Below, piece by piece: positions 10,665 through 21,423 of a DNA stretch of 64,000 bases; position 1 is the first letter of the stretch; each line of letters opens with the position of its first letter. Made by a program: the position numbers and the translations under genes. Where the stretch lies: positions 2,560,001 through 2,624,000 of the forward strand of contig OZ240245.1 in the NCBI GenBank assembly GCA_965198175.1, written 5' to 3'. The notes below the pieces were generated by a model. That model made no database searches, had not been told where the DNA came from, and saw only the letters and a list, made by a program, of their open reading frames with translations. This DNA comes from Candidatus Poribacteria bacterium (GTDB lineage Bacteria > Poribacteria > WGA-4E > PCPOR2b).

Positions 10665-10787
10665 GCGCCTGCGTCTCCTTTGTTGAGGTTAGAAGTTAGT
10701 CGAACACTAAATCGCTCTGCGAAATAGGCTCTGCCTGCTGTGCGTCGCTGGACGCACAGCAGGTAGGCATTTGTACTGCAACCAATA

Positions 10788-11597
10788 TCACTCATCTTCA
10801 AAACTGAAAATTTTCTTGCTTTCGGCCACAAGCTGACGAAAATGACTAACCGCTTCTTGTAGCTGTGATTCCGCATTCTCCCCATCAATACCTGTCGAGA
10901 CCAGATCGACAGGCATGTAGTGACCTTCAGTACGCCGTAAGGCAACGTAAGCTTTCAGATAAACATTAGGATATCTGCTCATGACCTTCTGCAACAGTGG
11001 TGAAATTTCCGATTCAAACATATTCACATAAACGCGCAATTTCACTGCTTTTGCACAATACCGTTCAGCGATGAGAAGCGCAATGTAGCTGTCAAAAATT
11101 GCCTGCATCTCGCTCGGAGGCCCCGGCATCATGAAAATGGTGGACTGATTTTTCGTAACACGGATGCATGGTGCCCACCCGACAGGATTCTGAAAGACAT
11201 CGGCAGTTTCAGGTACAGTCGCCATTTTAATCATCGCTGGACTCACATCGGTGCGACTCGTCAATTGACGTCTTTCCATAAAACCTGCTAAGGTCTCTTC
11301 ATGCACAATCGTTGGTTCGCCGATAATCTTAGCGACAACTTCAACAGTCATATCGTCGGGCGTAGGACCAAGTCCCCCTGTTGTCAGGATAAAATCCGTT
11401 CCTCTGCGAATTGAACCCTCTAATGCTTCCATCATCTCATCAGATTCATCTCGAATCATTGTCACCCTGCGTAGCCTACCGCCCAATTCAAGCATCCGCT
11501 GTGCAATCCAGTACGCATTTGTATCCTGAACTTGGCCCAAAACCAACTCGGTCCCAATCGAGAACAACTCAATGATAGTCGCCTTTTCCACCTTCAC
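10788..11597 (-). CDS. CinA-like molybdopterin-binding domain protein (no PncC domain)
   Basis: IGTELVLGQVQDTNA, TGGLGPTPDDMT, NPVGWAP, PGPPSEM. Confidence 0.85.
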   Translation of the reverse strand: MKVEKATIIELFSIGTELVLGQVQDTNAYWIAQRMLELGGRLRRVTMIRDESDEMMEALEGSIRRGTDFILTTGGLGPTPDDMTVEVVAKIIGEPTIVHEETLAGFMERRQLTSRTDVSPAMIKMATVPETADVFQNPVGWAPCIRVTKNQSTIFMMPGPPSEMQAIFDSYIALLIAERYCAKAVKLRVYVNMFESEISPLLQKVMSRYPNVYLKAYVALRRTEGHYMPVDLVSTGIDGENAESQLQEAVSHFRQLVAESKKIFSFEDE

Positions 11598-11709
11598 CTC
11601 CTCACAGACCGCCCGACAAACGCTAATGCTTCATCCCAATAGAATCTTACCTTGCATCAATAACTTCAAGTCCCAATTGGTCTATGCCTATGGTTACCCC
11701 ACCCCGTTT

Positions 11710-13011
11710 TCATGCGTTCAACAAATTCAAAACGAATCCAGTTGCCATCTTCGGATAGAAATATGTTGATTTCTGAGGCATCGTTTCACTAGTCATTGCG
11801 ACTTCATTGATTTGTGAGACTAGCGTGGGATTCATCAGCAACGCGACACGTCCCTCACCACTCTTGGCATAACCGATAGCTTCATCCGTGTCCACAGTAT
11901 AGCTGACCTGTTTTTGATGCGTGGGGATTGTTGTATCAACTCCAAAACTTCCCTTAATCAGGCGAGCGTGTAACAATGTGACATCAAGCCTCCCAGAAAC
12001 AGGTAGTTCTGTTTCTTCGTCGATTCGCGGCACGAGTAGGCGGTAATATTCATCACCTGTATACATACCAAATGCACCGCATCTACCAGCAAGCGCGTGA
12101 AGGTTTTCGAGCAGATCGTGCTGGTTTTTGTACATCGCCACGCTGAAAATTTCCGGAAGCTGATTAATCGCTTGTGTAATCCGGTCGGCGCTCAATCCAC
12201 TGAGGAGCCGGTGGATAGCGAGGACTACCAACCCCGGCGATTCCATGCGAACCAAGTTCATCATCATAAAGTTATAACCCTCTTTACCAGTCCATTCTAA
12301 CGTTTCCACACGAAGTTCATCACGAAAAGCCAGGGCGGTCTCGTAGCGATGATGTCCATCGGCGATGACCAGCGATTTATCTTCGAATCCTGATTGAATC
12401 TCGCGAGTCACTGCTACATCATTTAGCCGCCACAGCCGGTGATTGCTACCAATAACATCGGGAACATCGATCAAAGGCGGGCTTGATGAAGTAAAATGCG
12501 CCATGGCATTTTCGATTGCGCCCTCTGCATCGGAATATAACAGAAAGATTGGACTTAAGTTGGTGTGACACGCACGCATCAGTTTAAGTCGATCCGCTTT
12601 TGGTGCAGCAAGAGTCCTTTCGTGTGGAAAAACCATCCCTATCCCGAAAGGTTCCAATTTTCCAACACCTATCAACGCCCGGCGAGTATGCCCTTGCCCA
12701 TCAGGGGTCGTGAACGATTGATCGTAGACGTAGTAGCTCGGAGATGCATCTCGTATCAGAACACCCTCAGAAATCCAGTTTCTCAGGATTGTCGCCGAAC
12801 GGGTGTACTGATTATCCGCTTCTGTATCTCTTTCGCATGGCTGGCTCAAAATGAGGCGAACGACATTGTTAGCGTGTTGGTGTTCCAGCGTAATCCGCTG
12901 TTCATCTTTGATAACATCATAAGGCGGCGCAATCACCTGTCCGATGTCGCCGATTTTTTCAGGGTTAAAGCGCAACCCGCAAAAAGGTAAGATTTCCACG
13001 TTTAATCCCAC
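11710..13011 (-). CDS. DUF1015 family protein
   Basis: APPYDVI, PHERT, IADGHHRYETA, MPQKSTYFYPK. Confidence 0.92.
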   Translation of the reverse strand: MGLNVEILPFCGLRFNPEKIGDIGQVIAPPYDVIKDEQRITLEHQHANNVVRLILSQPCERDTEADNQYTRSATILRNWISEGVLIRDASPSYYVYDQSFTTPDGQGHTRRALIGVGKLEPFGIGMVFPHERTLAAPKADRLKLMRACHTNLSPIFLLYSDAEGAIENAMAHFTSSSPPLIDVPDVIGSNHRLWRLNDVAVTREIQSGFEDKSLVIADGHHRYETALAFRDELRVETLEWTGKEGYNFMMMNLVRMESPGLVVLAIHRLLSGLSADRITQAINQLPEIFSVAMYKNQHDLLENLHALAGRCGAFGMYTGDEYYRLLVPRIDEETELPVSGRLDVTLLHARLIKGSFGVDTTIPTHQKQVSYTVDTDEAIGYAKSGEGRVALLMNPTLVSQINEVAMTSETMPQKSTYFYPKMATGFVLNLLNA

Positions 13012-13931
13012 AATCTCGTGCTGAAATACCGTTCCCCGAGATCATTGAAAATTGTAACAATAGTCCCGTTTCGAATCTGCTTAGCGACTTCATAAGCGCC
13101 TTGCAGATATCCACCCGAGGACTGCCCAACGAACCAGCCACACTTTGCTAGCCGGCTGCACATTTCATACGCTTGATCAATCGTGACAGGGATCTTGCAA
13201 TCAATTATGCTTTCATCAAGAATCTCTGGAACTATATTCCCAGGCTTTCCCAGCGGCTTGAGACCTTCGATACCGGGAAACTCGTCGGGAGCGATACAAC
13301 AGATCTGAATTTCTGGGTTGTATTTCTTGAACCGACGCCCAATACCAGTGATTGTACCGCCTGTGCCAACACCAGCGACAAAATGAGTCACTTTTCCACC
13401 GGTCTGTTCCCAAATTTCTACCGCTGTTGTGTCATAATGCCCACGCCAGTTGTTTTCGTTTCTGTACTGATCCGCCATGTAATATTTCCCAGGAGACGCC
13501 TCATAGCGGCGAAGCGCTTCGCGAAGTGCTTCATCATATCCGTGAATCGCGTCGGTGTAAACAATTTTCGCTGCGTGTGCTTGAATCCGTTTTTTCCGCT
13601 CCTCACTAGCATTGCTGGGAATCACAAGTTCAACCCGATAACCCAAAACCGCCCCAATCATAGCGTAGGCGATCCCTGCGTTCCCAGAGGTTGAATCCAA
13701 AATAATTTTGTCTGATGTCAATTCTCCGGCTAGAACTGCTTCAGTCAACATTCTTAGTACAGGGCGATCTTTAATGGAGCAGCCTGGATTATACATCTCC
13801 GCTTTCGCATAGATATCTACCCCGGGAAACTCATCGGCAAAAAGATCGATTTTAACAAGGGGCGTATTTCCAATCTGTTGAAGGAGTGGATAGTTCGAAA
13901 GATTAAAAGAACAAGCGGACCGTCTACTCAT
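13002..13931 (-). CDS. PLP-dependent cysteine synthase family (CysM-like)
   Basis: IGNTPLV, NPGCSIKDR (PLP lysine), STSGNAG, GVGTGGT, DLGERYFST. Confidence 0.9.
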   Translation of the reverse strand: MSRRSACSFNLSNYPLLQQIGNTPLVKIDLFADEFPGVDIYAKAEMYNPGCSIKDRPVLRMLTEAVLAGELTSDKIILDSTSGNAGIAYAMIGAVLGYRVELVIPSNASEERKKRIQAHAAKIVYTDAIHGYDEALREALRRYEASPGKYYMADQYRNENNWRGHYDTTAVEIWEQTGGKVTHFVAGVGTGGTITGIGRRFKKYNPEIQICCIAPDEFPGIEGLKPLGKPGNIVPEILDESIIDCKIPVTIDQAYEMCSRLAKCGWFVGQSSGGYLQGAYEVAKQIRNGTIVTIFNDLGERYFSTRLWD

Positions 13932-14089
13932 TTAAAATTTTGCGCTCCTTCTTTAGCCACTCTTCCGGCAAGTTTGTTGTTAAGGTCAACAGTTTCAAGT
14001 TCCGATAGACGCCTCAAAAAGAAAATGATAAAGTTTAGGGAAAGAAGCATCAGGGATAAAATGACGATTGGACCTTATACACTGAAACA

Positions 14090-14872
14090 TCACACAAGAG
14101 GATCATCAAGCGTTCCTATCAAACTTGCTAGATAATCGCGATCTCTTTGCAAGGCTTCTAACTTGTCATCACCGTGAACAAACTCGACTTCAATATAGCC
14201 GTCATATTCGTGCGAGTTTAGGATTTCAATGACTTTCGCGTAATCCACAACGCCGTCTGTAATTGGACAACCGTTTCCACTCGCATCAGCATTTTGAGCA
14301 TGCACATTGACAATATAAGAAGCAAGTTTTTGCGCAGCGTCGTATGGGTCATCTTCACTCGATCCGAACAAGGGCTGATAGTAGGTTTTAAGGGCTTGCA
14401 GTTTAACATTCTCGACAAGTTCAAGGGTACTGGCGATACTGTCCGTTAAATTGTTGTTATGCATTTCCAATCCTAGTGTGAGTTGACGAAATTGCGCCCA
14501 CTGGGTGAGACTAGCCAAACGGAAATTAATCAAGCGTTTGTCATCAGGGCTCATCGTTTTTGAAGGACCACCCCCTGACCAGATTCGCACAAGATTGGTT
14601 CGTAGCCCTTGTGCAATCTTGAAAGCTTCCTCTAAATGCTGCTGATACCAGGGCATAAGCGGGTTAACATAAGATCCCAGCGCGGAGACCGCTAAACCCT
14701 TAGCCAGTACCATTTCTCTTACTTTTTGCACGTATTCCGCATTGTAAGTTGGTGGCATGTGCGGTTCTTGCCCCCAGATTTCGATCCCATCAAAACCGTA
14801 ATCCGCAGCGATGTCAACTACCTCCTCTAGAGGTTTCTCTTGAAAAGCAATCGTGCACAAACCTAACTTCAT
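14090..14872 (-). CDS. Sugar phosphate isomerase/epimerase (TIM barrel)
   Basis: MKLGLCTIAF, GFDGIEIW, LEMH, NVHAQN, YDGYIEVEF. Confidence 0.85.
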   Translation of the reverse strand: MKLGLCTIAFQEKPLEEVVDIAADYGFDGIEIWGQEPHMPPTYNAEYVQKVREMVLAKGLAVSALGSYVNPLMPWYQQHLEEAFKIAQGLRTNLVRIWSGGGPSKTMSPDDKRLINFRLASLTQWAQFRQLTLGLEMHNNNLTDSIASTLELVENVKLQALKTYYQPLFGSSEDDPYDAAQKLASYIVNVHAQNADASGNGCPITDGVVDYAKVIEILNSHEYDGYIEVEFVHGDDKLEALQRDRDYLASLIGTLDDPLV

Positions 14873-15064
14873 CGCAAACCTGCCTTCCCTCTGTTCGCTG
14901 TATGTTGACACATATCTGTATTCAAAAGCATACCACAAACAGAATCATCTTTCAACTGAAAGTTAGAAATTTCATTCACTTGACAGCGGTCAAGTAACGA
15001 TAACGGCGCGAAGCGATGCTCAAGTGTCTGAGGTTTAAACCAGCAACATGTACGCGCTTGTAAC

Positions 15065-16165
15065 CTAGGAAGCTTTAGGTAGAGTGATTCCTCGCTCACC
15101 GTAGACCGTTCTGAGTTGACCGCAGGCCGCAGCGATGTCTTTGCCTTTGCTGAAACGGATTGGAGCGATATAGCACTTCTTCGCAACAACCCGGCGAAAT
15201 CGTTCGATTCGATCGGGTTCCGGGCAATGAAACTCGGAGTCTTCGATTTCATTGAAGGGGATCAGATTCAGCTTGCACGGCAAACGACTCATGAGTCTAC
15301 AGATGCGTTGGGCGTCTTCAATCGCATCGTTCACATCTCGAATCAGGACATACTCCAACGTAACGGGGTTTCCAGATGCCAATGTCCACTCCCGCGCAGC
15401 GTTGAGCACATCATCAATTGGGTATTTCGCATTAATTGGCATGAGTTGAGTGCGGACTTTATCCGTTGTAGCGTTCAGTGAAAGCGCGAGTTGACATTTC
15501 AGCCCCTCTCTGGCGAATTGTCGTATGCGAGGGACTAAACCGACAGTTGAAACTGTGATTCGCCTCTCGGATAACGCCAACCCCTCCGCGTGAGTCATCA
15601 GGCGCACCGCATTTAGGGTTTGATCGTAATTGGCAAGCGGTTCTCCCATGCCCATAAACACGACATGAGTTACGGTTTTTTTGCCTTCCAACTCGCGTTG
15701 GATTACCACCAATTGTTCTAAGATTTCAGCAGTTGACAGGTTACGGAAGAATCCCATCTTTCCTGTCGCGCAAAAATCGCATGCCATTGCACAACCCACC
15801 TGCGAAGAAACGCAAACTGTAATGCGACTTCGATCAGTCATCAGAACGCTTTCGATGCGGCTCCCATCTGCCAGTTCAAAGAGATATTTGACAGCCGAAT
15901 CTGTATCGGAAACTGCCCGAGCACAAACCCGGATACCACTTATACAAGCCACTTCCTGCAATTTATGTCTAAATGTTCCGGGCAGATTCGTCATCGACTC
16001 GAAGGTGATTGCACGCTGATGGTACAGCCATGACATCAATTGTTTAGCACGATATTTTGGCTCTCCCCAGCGCACTACCAAATCTTCCAACTCAAGAAGT
16101 GACAAGCCTTTCAAGTTTACCTTACTCATTTGTAAGTCCTGTTTTGTCATACCCTTCTCATCCAT
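15065..16165 (-). CDS. rlmN: Dual-specificity RNA methyltransferase RlmN
   Basis: CVSSQVGCAMACDFCATG, MGMGEP, DIAAACGQL. Confidence 0.96.
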   Translation of the reverse strand: MDEKGMTKQDLQMSKVNLKGLSLLELEDLVVRWGEPKYRAKQLMSWLYHQRAITFESMTNLPGTFRHKLQEVACISGIRVCARAVSDTDSAVKYLFELADGSRIESVLMTDRSRITVCVSSQVGCAMACDFCATGKMGFFRNLSTAEILEQLVVIQRELEGKKTVTHVVFMGMGEPLANYDQTLNAVRLMTHAEGLALSERRITVSTVGLVPRIRQFAREGLKCQLALSLNATTDKVRTQLMPINAKYPIDDVLNAAREWTLASGNPVTLEYVLIRDVNDAIEDAQRICRLMSRLPCKLNLIPFNEIEDSEFHCPEPDRIERFRRVVAKKCYIAPIRFSKGKDIAAACGQLRTVYGERGITLPKAS

Positions 16166-17603
16166 CGAGTTTTTGCTTCAAAAACTGATTCACCAGTTGT
16201 GGATTAGCCTCACCTTTGGTGGCTTTCATCACCTGCCCGACGAGGAAGCCAAGTGCTTTCTTTGTGCCGTCTCGGTAACCTTGGGCGGGACCTGCATGCT
16301 CCTCAATAATTCGATTGACAATCGCTTCAATCTCTGACGCATCTGTAATCTGCGAAAGCCCTTTTTCCTTGACGATTTGTCCTGGCGCTTTCCCGGTTTC
16401 AAAAACATCAACTATCACCTGTTTAGCAATCTTGCCGCTGATGGTTCCATCTTTAATCAGCTTTATCATTTCGCTGAGATGGGCAGGCGTCGCGATAGAA
16501 TCCTGAATCTCAATTCCTGCACTGTTCAGCAACCCCGACAAATCGCCCATTATCCAATTGCTGCTCGCTTTTGAATCGCCGCTCAGGCGCGTTGTCTCAT
16601 CGAAAAAGTCCGCCATTTGCCGCGTCGTGGTGAGAAAGGCAGCGTCGTATGCAGGAATTTCGTATTCTTCCACAAAGCGTCTGCGCCGATCGAATGGAGC
16701 TTCCGGTAACGTCGATTTGGTTCGTTCAATCTCATCTGGATTAGCCTCAAACGGCACAAGATCTGGCTCCGGGAAATAGCGGTAATCGTGAGCCTCCTCC
16801 TTGCTACGCATAGCCGAGGTCTTGCCAGTATTAACATCAAACAAGAGGGTGTTTTGCTCGACTTCACCTCCCCCATCAAGGATCATTGCATGGCGTTTTT
16901 GTTCATATTCTAAGGCAGTCAGTACATGTTGGAATGAATTCTTATTCTTCAATTCTGTCCGTGTTCCCAATTCTTCGCTGCCAACCAGACGCAAAGAAAT
17001 GTTCGCATCGCACCGGAAGTTGCCCTCTTCCATATTACAATCGCTAACTTCAATGTATTCCAGAATTTCCTTGACACTGCGCCAATAGGCGACTGCCTCC
17101 GATGGCGATTTCAAATCCGGTTCACTCACAATTTCCAACAGAGGGACGCCTGCACGATTGAAATCGACATAGCTCTGATTCGGATTCCCTGTCACATCTG
17201 CATGAACAAGTTTGGCGGCTTCTTCCTCCAAGTGAATTTGATGAATACGGACGCGATGGATTTCTTGAGCAAATTTAAAATCGACATAACCCTTTGTGGC
17301 AAGCGGAAAGTGTTTCTGTGAGATTTGGTATCCTTTTGGCAAATCCGGATAAAAATAGTTCTTCCGATCGAATTTACTATGAGTAGCAATCTCGCAATTC
17401 ATCGCCAACGCAGCGCGAATTGCAAATTCGATTGCTCGCTCATTCAATACAGGCAATATGCCTGGCATACCTAAACAGATTGGACAAGTTTGAGTATTTG
17501 CCGCGGTCCCAAACTTCACTTCACAGTTGCAGAAAAGTTTGCTTTTTGTCGACAACTCGGCATGAATCTCCAGGCCGATTACGGACTCATATTTGTTCGC
17601 CAT
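16158..17603 (-). CDS. gatB: Asp/Glu-tRNA amidotransferase subunit B
   Basis: VIGLEIH, FDRKNYFYPDLPKGYQISQ, YRYFPEPDL, C-terminal Yqey-like domain. Confidence 0.98.
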   Translation of the reverse strand: MANKYESVIGLEIHAELSTKSKLFCNCEVKFGTAANTQTCPICLGMPGILPVLNERAIEFAIRAALAMNCEIATHSKFDRKNYFYPDLPKGYQISQKHFPLATKGYVDFKFAQEIHRVRIHQIHLEEEAAKLVHADVTGNPNQSYVDFNRAGVPLLEIVSEPDLKSPSEAVAYWRSVKEILEYIEVSDCNMEEGNFRCDANISLRLVGSEELGTRTELKNKNSFQHVLTALEYEQKRHAMILDGGGEVEQNTLLFDVNTGKTSAMRSKEEAHDYRYFPEPDLVPFEANPDEIERTKSTLPEAPFDRRRRFVEEYEIPAYDAAFLTTTRQMADFFDETTRLSGDSKASSNWIMGDLSGLLNSAGIEIQDSIATPAHLSEMIKLIKDGTISGKIAKQVIVDVFETGKAPGQIVKEKGLSQITDASEIEAIVNRIIEEHAGPAQGYRDGTKKALGFLVGQVMKATKGEANPQLVNQFLKQKLDG

Positions 17604-17968
17604 GTCTTACTCCCAATACCGCGAAATGCACACTACGTAAAATACAGAACAATGGGCTAACCTAACCCACAAATTCATTCGGTGTTGGCGTACCAGCTAC
17701 TCTTGTTATGTTCAAGCGCGCGTAGTTGTACCAAAGTTCAAAGATGCGAATCGACAGAAACATATTCATTCCGCGCCTGACAAGATCCGTAATCCCACTG
17801 CCGACGATTGACTCAACTCAGGCGACAACGCCATCAGCCACATAGTAAACCGGCGTCTTCCTTTTCGTTTGAATTGTGATACCTAGTTAAAAGTAGTTTA
17901 ACCGAATACGATTATGTCAACGGCAGGAACGGGCAATTTCATGAGCTGTTTTATTTTAGGATTCGCCT

Positions 17969-18409
17969 TCAAATCGCAGATTGCTGATTGAAGTAGACTG
18001 GATCCGGTTTAACCCACTCTTCTCCGCCATCTTCCCAAACCTCGCGCTTCCAAATAGGGACGATTTGCTTGAGGCGATCCATGGCGTATTTGCAAGCTTC
18101 AAATCCATCTTTGCGGTGCGGCGCGGATATGGCGACTGCAACACTGACCTCGCCAATTTTGAGACGCCCGACACGGTGAATCATAGCAACACGATCCAAT
18201 CCCCATTTTTCATAAATCTCGCGAGCAATCTCTGCCATTTTCTTTTCCGCCATCGGCGGATAGGCTTCGTATTCAAGGTAGGAGACTTTGCGTCCGCCCG
18301 TGTTGTCCCGCACAATGCCTAAAAATGGCACAATCGCGCCGGCATCTTCTGCTTTGACCGCATGGATAACCTCATCGGGAGTAATAGCTTCGTTGGTAAT
18401 TTTAAACAT
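17969..18409 (-). CDS. moaE: Molybdopterin synthase catalytic subunit
   Basis: FLGIVR, LEYEAY, HRVGRL, SAPHR, PIWKRE. Confidence 0.95.
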   Translation of the reverse strand: MFKITNEAITPDEVIHAVKAEDAGAIVPFLGIVRDNTGGRKVSYLEYEAYPPMAEKKMAEIAREIYEKWGLDRVAMIHRVGRLKIGEVSVAVAISAPHRKDGFEACKYAMDRLKQIVPIWKREVWEDGGEEWVKPDPVYFNQQSAI

Positions 18410-18656
18410 CCTCGCCTCCTGTAACCGGCGGAATCAATGCAACTTCGTCTCCATCTGAGAGTTTGGTCTGTTCCGTAGCATATTCCCAATTCACAGACAT
18501 CTGCATCACCTCGTAGTATTCTGGAAATTCGGGCCATTCCTCTTCGAGTCGCTTCAGGATGTCCATCAAGACGGCTCCGTCTGGCAATTCCATCTCTTCT
18601 TCGTCCCGATTGAACATTTCTCGGCACACGGCAAAATGTTTTACTTTAACTTTCAT
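18402..18656 (-). CDS. moaD: Molybdopterin synthase sulfur carrier (MoaD/ThiS family)
   Basis: DGDEVALIPPVTGG followed by a 3-residue tail EDV; adjacent to moaE. Confidence 0.9.
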   Translation of the reverse strand: MKVKVKHFAVCREMFNRDEEEMELPDGAVLMDILKRLEEEWPEFPEYYEVMQMSVNWEYATEQTKLSDGDEVALIPPVTGGEDV

Positions 18657-18812
18657 AATTTTCCTTACCCATCAAGAATTTTGGAATCAATATCCGAGAT
18701 TCAAGCGACGCATCCAGCACATCGTTTAGAAAAACACATGAAATGCTCAAGATATTATACCTTAAGGCGCATCCTGAAAACAAAGCAAAATCCGACCTGT
18801 CCCAAATTGCCG

Positions 18813-18841
18813 TTGACATGAATTGAACGCTCTGCTAGAAT
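18813..18841 (+). promoter_or_regulatory. Sigma70 promoter of pncB
   Basis: TTGACA-N17-TAGAAT with extended TGn. Confidence 0.75.
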
Positions 18842-19000
18842 TAATTCTACACCGCCTTCATAAACATGAGATATCAACCAACCGATGAAAGAAACGTCTG
18901 CACATCACGATTGGCATATTCGCCCAATTAACTTGAGACATATTGGGAAATACGCTCAATTATCCTGATATGGTAACGCAAAACACTGGAGTTCGCCTCA

Positions 19001-20458
19001 ATGACGAGAGAACCCCAATCCGCCCTTCTCACTGAATCGAACATGGCGTTGTTCGTGGACTACTACGAACTGACAATGGGCAAAGCCAATTTTGACAGCG
19101 AGAACAATGCAATTTGTAGCGAGAACTACTTCGTTCGTTCTATTCCACAGGGTGAGTATCTGATTGCAGCGGGGCTGGAACAAGTTATCCACTACATTCT
19201 CAATCTGCGGTTTACGGATTCGGATCTAAGGTGGTTGAAGGAAAGTAAGACAACGCCGGATATGAGTGACGAATTTCTCGATTATCTCCGTCACTTCAAA
19301 TTCGATGGCGATGTCCATGCGGTGTGTGAGGGAACGCCTGTCTTTGCAAACCAGCCGTTGATCGATATTACCGGCAGATCGATCGACGTGCAAATCTTCG
19401 AAACCTACCTCCTCAGCGTGATGAACTTCCAGACGCTGATTGCCACCAAAACAGCGCGAATCGTTCATGCAGCACGTGGGCGGACTTGCTTCGATTTTGG
19501 AGCACGGCGGGCGCATGGGAGAGATGCTGGCATTCTGGCAGCGCGAGCGTCTTTCATCGGTGGCGCCGCTGGAACCTCCCTTGTGGTCGCAGGACAGAAC
19601 TTTAACATCCCTTACGTTGGGACAATGGCGCACAAATTCATACTGGATTGCCCGTCGGAGTTGGAAGCCTTTCGCACGTATGCCCAATCTTTCCCATGTA
19701 ACACCACGCTGCTAATCGATACCTATGACACGATTCAGGGTGCAAAGCATGCCTGTATCGTTGGCACAGAAATGAAGGCTAAAGGACAACAATTGATGGC
19801 GGTTCGACTTGACAGCGGTGATTTACTTGCGCTCAGCAAATCAGTCAGAAATATCTTTGATGAAGCGGAACTAACTAACGTGCAGATTTTTGCGAGCCAT
19901 GACCTCGATGAATTTCAGATTGACCATCTGCTGCGGGCAGGCGCACCAATCGATGGTTTTGGCGTTGGTACCCGGCTGGCAACAGGTGCGAACTTTAATC
20001 CGTTGACAAATGAAGGTGGTCCATCAGCATTGCCGGGAGTATACAAGCAGGTTGAACGAATTGCGGATGATAAGGTCATTCCTACGATGAAACTCAGCGA
20101 TGATTCGGGCAAATCGACGCTTCCCAGCAGAAAACAGATTCACCGGCTGTACGATGCCGCTGGGACTTATGTGAAGGATGTGATTAGCCTCTGGGATGAA
20201 TATCCACAAGAGGTCGATTCCCTTCCCGGAATATACACAAGTCAGCCCCTGCTAACACCAATTGTCCACCAAGGAGAGTTGGTTTATTCATTTCCGGATT
20301 TGATAGAGGCCCAAACCCTTGCGAAGGCTGAATTGTCGAAGCTGCCAGAAGCCTACAGAAGGTTGACGGGAGCCGAGAAATATCCTGTGACTTTGAGTAC
20401 GGGATTGAAAACCTTGCTGAAGCAACTTACCCAAAAGCAGCATTCGTCGCTGGCTTAG
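19001..20458 (+). CDS. pncB: Nicotinate phosphoribosyltransferase
   Basis: DYYELTM, DFGARRAHG, GTMAH, LLIDTYD, VRLDSGD, FGVGT. Confidence 0.95.
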   Translation: MTREPQSALLTESNMALFVDYYELTMGKANFDSENNAICSENYFVRSIPQGEYLIAAGLEQVIHYILNLRFTDSDLRWLKESKTTPDMSDEFLDYLRHFKFDGDVHAVCEGTPVFANQPLIDITGRSIDVQIFETYLLSVMNFQTLIATKTARIVHAARGRTCFDFGARRAHGRDAGILAARASFIGGAAGTSLVVAGQNFNIPYVGTMAHKFILDCPSELEAFRTYAQSFPCNTTLLIDTYDTIQGAKHACIVGTEMKAKGQQLMAVRLDSGDLLALSKSVRNIFDEAELTNVQIFASHDLDEFQIDHLLRAGAPIDGFGVGTRLATGANFNPLTNEGGPSALPGVYKQVERIADDKVIPTMKLSDDSGKSTLPSRKQIHRLYDAAGTYVKDVISLWDEYPQEVDSLPGIYTSQPLLTPIVHQGELVYSFPDLIEAQTLAKAELSKLPEAYRRLTGAEKYPVTLSTGLKTLLKQLTQKQHSSLA

Positions 20459-20541
20459 CGAAGTTGACAAGCGTGATAGCAAATGTTGGACGGTATGCGC
20501 TTCACACGCTAACTTACTGACACAGAGACACGGAGGCTGAC

Positions 20542-21423
20542 ATGAAACTCGGCGTTGTCGGAATGTTGCCTGGAGATTTCAGGACATTTACGAGGGAACA
20601 GATGGCGTCAATTAGGGCGTCGCAATTCACAGGATTTGGATTTCATTTTGATGGAGATGATGTCTTCGAAATCACAAACGAAGCGTGCAAGCAGTTCAAT
20701 ACATTTATGATGGCGGAAAATCTAGATTTGGTTCAGTTCGGTATTGCCTACAACGAGTGCCTTTTTGATACGGAAAAGGGTGTCAGGCAAAGAGTCACGG
20801 CGAAGATTAATCGCGGATTGGAAATTGCGCGTCAGATTGAAGCACATGTCTGTCTCATACGACCCGGGAGTCTAAACCCTGCGGGCCCATGGACGCCGCA
20901 TCGAGACAACTACCTGCCTGATAACATAGAACGTCTGATTGAGACGTTGATACCAATTGCTCAGAAGGCTGCATTAGAAGATGTGACCATCGTCATGGAA
21001 ACGCACGCAATTTCGATTCTGGATGCTCCAGAGACGTGCAAGGGAGTCGTCGATGCAGTGGGAAGTAAACATTTGCGGCTTGTTATGGACGCTGTCAACC
21101 ATTTCCAATCGCATCGGCAGGTCTACAATAGTGCGGATCGATTAAACCATATCTTCGATGTGATGGGGCAAATTGCGCCCGTGGCGCACATCAAGGATAT
21201 CAAGGTACAAAATGGTTTGGTCGTCCACATTGATGAAGAGGTTCCTGGCGAGGGCGAGTTGGATATTGGGCTGATGCTTAGAAGATTTGATGCCCTTTAC
21301 GCTGACGGCTATGGATTGATAGAACACTTACCGATGTCAAAGATTCCGCTTGCAGCGCAAAATGTCCGACGGATTGCCGCTGAGAATGGCGTCGGCATCC
21401 ACAGGGGGAAAACGTGCAGTTAA
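20542..21423 (+). CDS. Sugar phosphate isomerase/epimerase
   Basis: TIM-barrel pattern: METH, MDAVN, HIKD, PGEG, LIEH. Confidence 0.8.
   Translation: MKLGVVGMLPGDFRTFTREQMASIRASQFTGFGFHFDGDDVFEITNEACKQFNTFMMAENLDLVQFGIAYNECLFDTEKGVRQRVTAKINRGLEIARQIEAHVCLIRPGSLNPAGPWTPHRDNYLPDNIERLIETLIPIAQKAALEDVTIVMETHAISILDAPETCKGVVDAVGSKHLRLVMDAVNHFQSHRQVYNSADRLNHIFDVMGQIAPVAHIKDIKVQNGLVVHIDEEVPGEGELDIGLMLRRFDALYADGYGLIEHLPMSKIPLAAQNVRRIAAENGVGIHRGKTCS

Noticed and set aside
17604..17960. T-box or other leader upstream of gatB
   Set aside because: Long gap, but no GGTGGTACCGCG-type T-box and terminator could be identified; an Rfam scan is needed
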